A stretch of DNA of 32,000 bases from positions 240,001 to 272,000 of the forward strand of contig NZ_JAGIOS010000001.1 in the NCBI RefSeq assembly GCF_017876815.1. Reading direction: 5' to 3'. Both the position numbers and the translations under genes were made by a program. The notes beneath the pieces are model-generated. The model was not told where the DNA came from, did no database searches, and saw only the letters and a list, made by a program, of their open reading frames with translations. This DNA comes from Sinorhizobium meliloti (GTDB taxonomy: Bacteria; Pseudomonadota; Alphaproteobacteria; Rhizobiales; Rhizobiaceae). This document shows positions 26,072 to 32,000 of the stretch, one piece after another (within the stretch, counting starts at the first letter, position 1; the number at the start of each line of letters is the position of its first letter).

Positions 26072-27172
26072 ATGATGCGCGATCTTCCACAGGCGGCGAG
26101 CGCCGCACTTCTTCTCGAATGGTACGATCGTCACCACCGCGACCTTCCATGGCGGGTGCCGCCGGCAGCGGCGCGGAAAGGTGCGGTTGCCGACCCCTAT
26201 CGCGTCTGGCTGTCGGAGGTGATGCTTCAGCAGACGACGGTCCAGGCGGTCAAGGCTTACTTCGAGAAATTCCTCGCCCTGTGGCCGACGGTCGGCGACC
26301 TTGCCGCGGCAGACACCGAGGATGTGATGAAGGCCTGGGCCGGCCTCGGCTACTACGCCCGCGCGCGGAACCTGAAGAAATGTGCGGAAGCGGTCGCCCG
26401 CGATCATGGCGGCCGTTTTCCCGATAGCGAAGAGGGGCTGAAAGCGCTGCCGGGCATCGGCGACTACACCGCCGCAGCCATCGCCGCGATCGCCTTCAAC
26501 CGGGCAAGTGCCGTTCTCGACGGCAATGTGGAGCGCGTGATCTCGCGCCTCCATGCCGTCGAAACGCCGCTGCCCGCGGCCAAGCCCGAAATGCGAGCCC
26601 TCGTCCAGGCGCTGACCCCGGCCGACCGGCCGGGCGATTTCGCCCAGGCGATGATGGATCTCGGTGCGACGATCTGCACGCCGAAACGGCCTGCCTGTTC
26701 GCTCTGTCCCTTTCGTACGGATTGCCGGGCCCTGAAAACAGCCGACCCGGAGACATTTCCGCGCAAGGCAGCAAAGAAGGAGAAGCCGTTGCGCCTGGGT
26801 GCGGCCTTCGTCGCCGTCGACGGCCTCGAGGCGGTCTATCTTCGCAAGCGCCCCGAAACGGGCCTCCTCGGCGGCATGACAGAGGTGCCCGGCACGGACT
26901 GGACGTCGCGCCGCGACGGCGACACGTCGATAGACGCTCATCCCTTCCCCGCAGAGTGGGAGCCATGCGGGACCGTCAACCACGTCTTCACGCATTTCGA
27001 GCTGCACCTGTCCGTCTTTCGGGCCAGGGTCGGGCGCGCCGATATCGGAGAGGCGCGAACGGACACGAGCGGGTGGTGGGAGCCGCTCGCCTCGCTCAGG
27101 GCGCAGGCGCTTCCGACTGTCATGAAAAAGGCAATCGCCAAGGCTATACCGCATGCGTTCGAAGCGGGATAA
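26072..27172 (+). CDS. mutY: A/G-specific adenine DNA glycosylase
   Basis: HhH-GPD motifs (LPGIGDYTAAAI), Fe-S cluster loop CTPKRPACSLCPFRTDC, and a C-terminal NUDIX-like domain. Confidence 0.93.
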   Translation: MMRDLPQAASAALLLEWYDRHHRDLPWRVPPAAARKGAVADPYRVWLSEVMLQQTTVQAVKAYFEKFLALWPTVGDLAAADTEDVMKAWAGLGYYARARNLKKCAEAVARDHGGRFPDSEEGLKALPGIGDYTAAAIAAIAFNRASAVLDGNVERVISRLHAVETPLPAAKPEMRALVQALTPADRPGDFAQAMMDLGATICTPKRPACSLCPFRTDCRALKTADPETFPRKAAKKEKPLRLGAAFVAVDGLEAVYLRKRPETGLLGGMTEVPGTDWTSRRDGDTSIDAHPFPAEWEPCGTVNHVFTHFELHLSVFRARVGRADIGEARTDTSGWWEPLASLRAQALPTVMKKAIAKAIPHAFEAG

Positions 27173-27245
27173 ATGCAAAGCGGAGCGCTTTCCGGCCGCT
27201 CCGGCCCCAATTTCCATCGCAAGCCAAGGATCGGCAGGAATAACA

Positions 27246-27902
27246 ATGAGCAGCATCGATATCCGCCACATCGTTTTCGACATCGGCAAGGTGCTGATCC
27301 ATTACGATCCGAACCTTCCCTATTCCCGCCTCGTCCCGGACGAGGCGGAACGCAGCTGGTTCTTCGCCAATGTCTGCACGTCCGACTGGAACATAGAGCA
27401 GGATCGCGGCCGCTCCTGGGAAGAGGCGGAGGCAATCCTCATCCGCAATCATCCGGAAAGGGAAGATCACATCCGCGCCTTTCGCCGGCACTGGCATGAA
27501 ATGGTACCGCACGCCTATGTGGAGACGGTCGCCATCATGGGAGGCCTGATCGCCGACGGCTGGGACGTCACGATGCTGACCAATTTCGCCTCCGACACCT
27601 TCCGGGAGGCGCAGAAGCTTTATCCCTTCCTGACCCTGCCGCGCGGGGTCACGGTCTCCGGCGACGTTCGGCTCATCAAGCCCGATCTCGCCATCTACCG
27701 GACCCACGCCGAGGCCTTCGACCTCGATCCGGGCGCGACGCTCTTCATCGACGACAGCGCCGCCAATGTCGAAGGCGCGCGAGCGGCCGGCTGGCACGCG
27801 GTTCAGTTCACCGGCGCCGAAAGGCTGAAAGCCGATCTCGCGGCCTACGGTATCCAGCCTTCGGACGCGGCACCCTCGCTGGCAGCGGCTGCCATGCTGT
27901 AA
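27246..27902 (+). CDS. HAD-superfamily hydrolase (variant motif I)
   Basis: AGGAA upstream of the ATG at 27246. Motif I is FDIGKVL, so the second Asp is replaced. Motif IV is FIDDSAANVEGA. Confidence 0.85.
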   Translation: MSSIDIRHIVFDIGKVLIHYDPNLPYSRLVPDEAERSWFFANVCTSDWNIEQDRGRSWEEAEAILIRNHPEREDHIRAFRRHWHEMVPHAYVETVAIMGGLIADGWDVTMLTNFASDTFREAQKLYPFLTLPRGVTVSGDVRLIKPDLAIYRTHAEAFDLDPGATLFIDDSAANVEGARAAGWHAVQFTGAERLKADLAAYGIQPSDAAPSLAAAAML

Positions 27903-27926
27903 TCGGCTGACGCCCCGCATTGATAC

Positions 27927-27961
27927 AAACGCCCGGAATCCTCTTCGGATTCCGGGCGTTT
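27927..27961. terminator. Bidirectional hairpin terminator between the HAD gene and ccrM
   Basis: AAACGCCCGGAATCC-tcttc-GGATTCCGGGCGTTT, a 15-bp perfect stem. The short T/A runs on both sides form part of the stem. Confidence 0.7.
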
Positions 27962-28036
27962 AAAGCGCTCATCCGGGACTGAAGGCACAAAAACCGGAAG
28001 GGGGCGCCTATCGAAGACCCAGGCGGAACTGGTTGA

Positions 28037-29272
<1,236 letters not shown>

Positions 29273-29314
29273 TCATCGTCCAGGCGCCGCCGATCCGGGT
29301 CTTGCCCGTCCGCG

Positions 29315-29338
29315 ATACTTCGATTATCATCGAAGTAT
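29315..29338 (+). promoter_or_regulatory. Perfect 10-bp inverted repeat overlapping the ArsR-type regulator start codon
   Basis: atacttcgat-tatc-atcgaagtat. The last two bases are the AT of the ATG at 29337. Confidence 0.45.
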
Positions 29339-30020
29339 GAAGGAAGGCCCGGACATAGCTCTGATCGGCTCGTTGATCGGCGATCCCGCACGCGCAAACA
29401 TGCTGACCGCTCTGATGGGCGGCCAGGCGCTGACGCCGACGGAGCTTGCAGCCCAGGCCGGCATCACGCTGCAGACCGCCAGTTCGCACCTCGCCAAGCT
29501 GGAGGCGGGCGGCTTGCTGACACAGCGCAAGCAGGGCCGGCACCGCTATTACGCGCTGAGCGAGGACGAGGTCGGGCTCATGCTCGAAAGCCTCATGGGT
29601 TTTGCCGCCGGGCGCGGCCTGACGCGCTCGCGGCCCGGACCGAAGGACCCGGCACTGCGCAAGGCGCGCGTCTGCTACAACCATCTTGCCGGCGATTACG
29701 GCGTGCGCATGCTGGGCAGCCTGATCGGGGCCCGGCAGATCGAAACGGCGGGCGAAGACGATCTGGCTCTGACCGATGCCGGGCGTGTCCGCATCGAGTC
29801 GCTCGGGATCGACTACGCCGCGCTCAGGAAATCCCGGCGGCCGATCTGCCGCACCTGCCTCGACTGGAGCGAGCGGCGGTCGCATCTCGCCGGCTCGCTG
29901 GGAGAGGCATTGCTGACGCTCTTCATCGACAAGGGCTGGGCGAAACGGGAGCAGAACAGCCGGGCGGTTCGCTTTACGGCGCCGGGCGAGAAGGCCTTTC
30001 TGGAGCTCTTCCCGCGGTGA
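29337..30020 (+). CDS. ArsR/SmtB-family winged-helix transcriptional regulator with C-terminal extension
   Basis: The HTH is LTPTELAAQAGITLQTASSHLAKLEAGGLLTQRKQGRHRYYAL. The ATG at 29337 is preferred over the TTG at 29256, although its Shine-Dalgarno is weak. Confidence 0.85.
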   Translation: MKEGPDIALIGSLIGDPARANMLTALMGGQALTPTELAAQAGITLQTASSHLAKLEAGGLLTQRKQGRHRYYALSEDEVGLMLESLMGFAAGRGLTRSRPGPKDPALRKARVCYNHLAGDYGVRMLGSLIGARQIETAGEDDLALTDAGRVRIESLGIDYAALRKSRRPICRTCLDWSERRSHLAGSLGEALLTLFIDKGWAKREQNSRAVRFTAPGEKAFLELFPR

Positions 30021-30204
30021 TCACGACGATTTGTACCGTCGGCTGCGACGATTGCGAGTTGAATCGGCCACAATCCCCGGTTCTCCGTCTCCTGCTCCAG
30101 GTTGAGCTTTGATCCGCCATCGTATAAAGCTGCGGCCACCATTTCCCGCGCCGCTTTTCAGCTCCTCCCCTGCCGGCGGCGCCTTTCTCCCAAGGAACCG
30201 ATTT

Positions 30205-30900
30205 ATGACCGGTATCGACCTCATCATCTTCGACTGCGACGGCGTGCTCGTCGACTCGGAAATCATCGCCTCGGAAGTCGAGGCCGGGTTGCTGACGGAA
30301 GCGGGCTATCCGATCAGCATCGAGGAAATGTCCGAACGCTTTTCCGGCATGACCTGGCGCGACACGTTGCTGGCGGTCGAGAAGGAAGCGAGCATTCCGC
30401 TTTCCGCCTCCTTGATCGACAAGGTCGATGCCATTCTCGACGTGCGGCTTGCCCGCGACGTCAAGATCATCGAAGGCGTGCGGCCGGCGCTCATGCAACT
30501 GACGCTTCCGCATTGCATCTGCTCGAACTCCACTTCGCAACGGCTTGCGATGATGCTCGGCAAAGTCGGCATCAGGGATCATTTCGGCAAACACATCTAC
30601 TCCGCGCGCGACCTTGGCCCGGATCGCGTCAAGCCGAAGCCTGACATCTTCCTGCATGGGGCGGCCCAGTTCGGCGTCGATCCGGCACGCGTTCTTGTCA
30701 TCGAAGATTCGGTTCACGGCATTCATGGCGCCCGCGCGGCGGGCATGCGCGTCGTCGGTTTCACCGGCGGTTCGCATACGTTCGCAGCCCATGCGGACAA
30801 GCTGACGGAAGCCGGCGCCGAAACGGTCATCTCGCGAATGGCGGCGCTTCCCGGAGTAATCGCCGCGCTCGCGGAATGGTCGGAGTCCATGACGGCTTAG
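30205..30900 (+). CDS. HAD-IA family phosphatase (beta-phosphoglucomutase-like)
   Basis: AAGGAA 8 nt upstream of the ATG at 30205. Motif I is [13 protein letters not shown] and motif IV is [17 protein letters not shown]. Confidence 0.9.
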   Translation: MTGIDLIIFDCDGVLVDSEIIASEVEAGLLTEAGYPISIEEMSERFSGMTWRDTLLAVEKEASIPLSASLIDKVDAILDVRLARDVKIIEGVRPALMQLTLPHCICSNSTSQRLAMMLGKVGIRDHFGKHIYSARDLGPDRVKPKPDIFLHGAAQFGVDPARVLVIEDSVHGIHGARAAGMRVVGFTGGSHTFAAHADKLTEAGAETVISRMAALPGVIAALAEWSESMTA

Positions 30901-31028
30901 GGCGGGCGAGGACTCCATGCCGCATTGAAGGCGCATGGACTTCCTCCGAGAATCGACCGATTTTCAGACTGCGCGCGGGCATATCAAGCAAACCCCCAGA
31001 AGGGGGAATTTTCCAAGGAGGAAACACC

Positions 31029-32000
31029 ATGCGTCTTTCACGATTGACCGGAATGGCACTGGCAGCCAGCGTCGCGTTTGCGCCGCTCGCCCATGCCGAC
31101 ATCACCATCGGCGTCATCACGCCGCTCACCGGTCCCGTTGCTGCCTTCGGCGAGCAGGTCAAGAACGGCGCCGAAGCGGCGGTCGAAGCGATCAACAGCG
31201 CCGGCGGCGTCAATGGCGAGAAGCTCGTCGTCAAGATCGTCGACGACGCGGGCGAACCCAAGCAGGCCGTCTCGGTCGCCAACCAGCTGGCGGGCGAAGG
31301 CATACAATACGTGGTCGGACCGGTGCTCTCCGGCACCTCGATGCCGGCATCCGACGTGCTGGCGGAAAACGGTATCCTGATGGTCACGCCGACGGCGACC
31401 ACCCCGGATCTGACGACCCGCGGCCTGTGGAACGTTCTGCGCACCTGCGGACGCGACGATCAGCAGGCCGTCGTCGCCGCCGACTACGTCGTCAAGAACT
31501 TCAAGGACAAGCGCGTTGCCGTGCTTCACGACAAGGGAGCCTATGGCAAGGGTCTTGCCGACGGATTCAAGGCTGCGATCAACGCAGGCGGCATCACCGA
31601 GGTGGTCTATGAAGGCCTGACGCCCGGCGAGAAGGATTTCGGGGCGATCGTCACCCGCCTCAAGGCCGAGAATGTCGACGTCGTCTATTTCGGGGGCTAT
31701 CACGCGGAGGGCGGGCTGCTCGCTCGCCAGATGCATGACCAGGGCGTGAAGGCGCAGCTCCTCGGCGGCGACGGTCTTTCCAACACCGAGTTCTGGGCAA
31801 TCGGCGGCGAAGCCGCATCGGGCACCGTCTACACCAATGCCAGCGACGCCACCCGCAACCCGGCCGCCGCACCGGTGATCGAGGCCCTCAAGGCCAAGAA
31901 CATCCCCGCGGAAGCCTTCACGCTCAACGCCTATGCCGCCGTGCAGGTTCTCAAGGCGGGTATCGAGAAGGCGGGCTCGACCGAGGACGCGACTGCCGTT
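31029..32000 (+). CDS. Branched-chain amino acid ABC transporter substrate-binding protein, 3'-truncated by window edge
   Basis: This gene is absent from the ORF track because no stop is reached. AGGAGG lies 6 nt upstream of the ATG at 31029. The signal peptide [23 protein letters not shown] is followed by [26 protein letters not shown].., which is LivJ/BraC-like. The frame is open for 324 codons to base 32000. Confidence 0.9.
   Translation, partial: MRLSRLTGMALAASVAFAPLAHADITIGVITPLTGPVAAFGEQVKNGAEAAVEAINSAGGVNGEKLVVKIVDDAGEPKQAVSVANQLAGEGIQYVVGPVLSGTSMPASDVLAENGILMVTPTATTPDLTTRGLWNVLRTCGRDDQQAVVAADYVVKNFKDKRVAVLHDKGAYGKGLADGFKAAINAGGITEVVYEGLTPGEKDFGAIVTRLKAENVDVVYFGGYHAEGGLLARQMHDQGVKAQLLGGDGLSNTEFWAIGGEAASGTVYTNASDATRNPAAAPVIEALKAKNIPAEAFTLNAYAAVQVLKAGIEKAGSTEDATAV

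Noticed and set aside
30993-31012. Small hairpin ccccc-agaa-ggggg followed by AATTTT, just upstream of the binding-protein Shine-Dalgarno.
   Set aside because: The 5-bp stem is too short and the T-run too weak to call it a terminator or attenuator. It may simply be the end of the HAD transcript.

Overview
High-GC alphaproteobacterial chromosome. By recognition of the BetA, CcrM and CysH sequences and of the rhizobial intergenic repeats it looks like Sinorhizobium/Ensifer meliloti. All family calls rest on motifs I recognised by eye; no searches were run. Gene order is as follows. betB (5' end outside the window) and betA, separated by a GC-rich palindromic repeat. A convergent two-gene module (secreted His-His N-terminus protein plus 4-TM membrane protein). 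The cysH-cysD-cysN sulfate-assimilation operon with a clean terminator. A decayed RelE/ParE-like toxin stub followed by an intact HTH-XRE antitoxin-like gene. A tiny membrane ORF, tRNA-Pro(CGG) and a lipoprotein. A large MscS/MscK-type mechanosensitive channel. A visibly AT-rich islet with one secreted hypothetical gene next to tRNA-Gln(UUG). An MBL-fold hydrolase, a DUF1499-like membrane protein, two small orphan genes, and stacked intergenic repeats. ppdK and smc. An ISAs1-family IS sitting 58 bp upstream of smc and truncating a DUF559 gene. The DsbA-like lipoprotein and DUF721 (DciA-type) genes, divergent from mutY. A HAD hydrolase and ccrM. A divergent ArsR-type regulator, a second HAD phosphatase, and the start of a LivJ/BraC-type binding protein that runs off the 3' end. 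Many long ORFs in the track are GC-driven antisense shadow ORFs, and several true genes start internally to the listed ORF. I see no CRISPR array, no prophage and no obvious multi-gene defence system. The most interesting leads are the His-N-terminus/membrane pair, the toxin-antitoxin remnant, the tRNA-Gln islet, the IS/DUF559/smc junction, and two regulatory repeats flanking the ccrM/ArsR divergent region.
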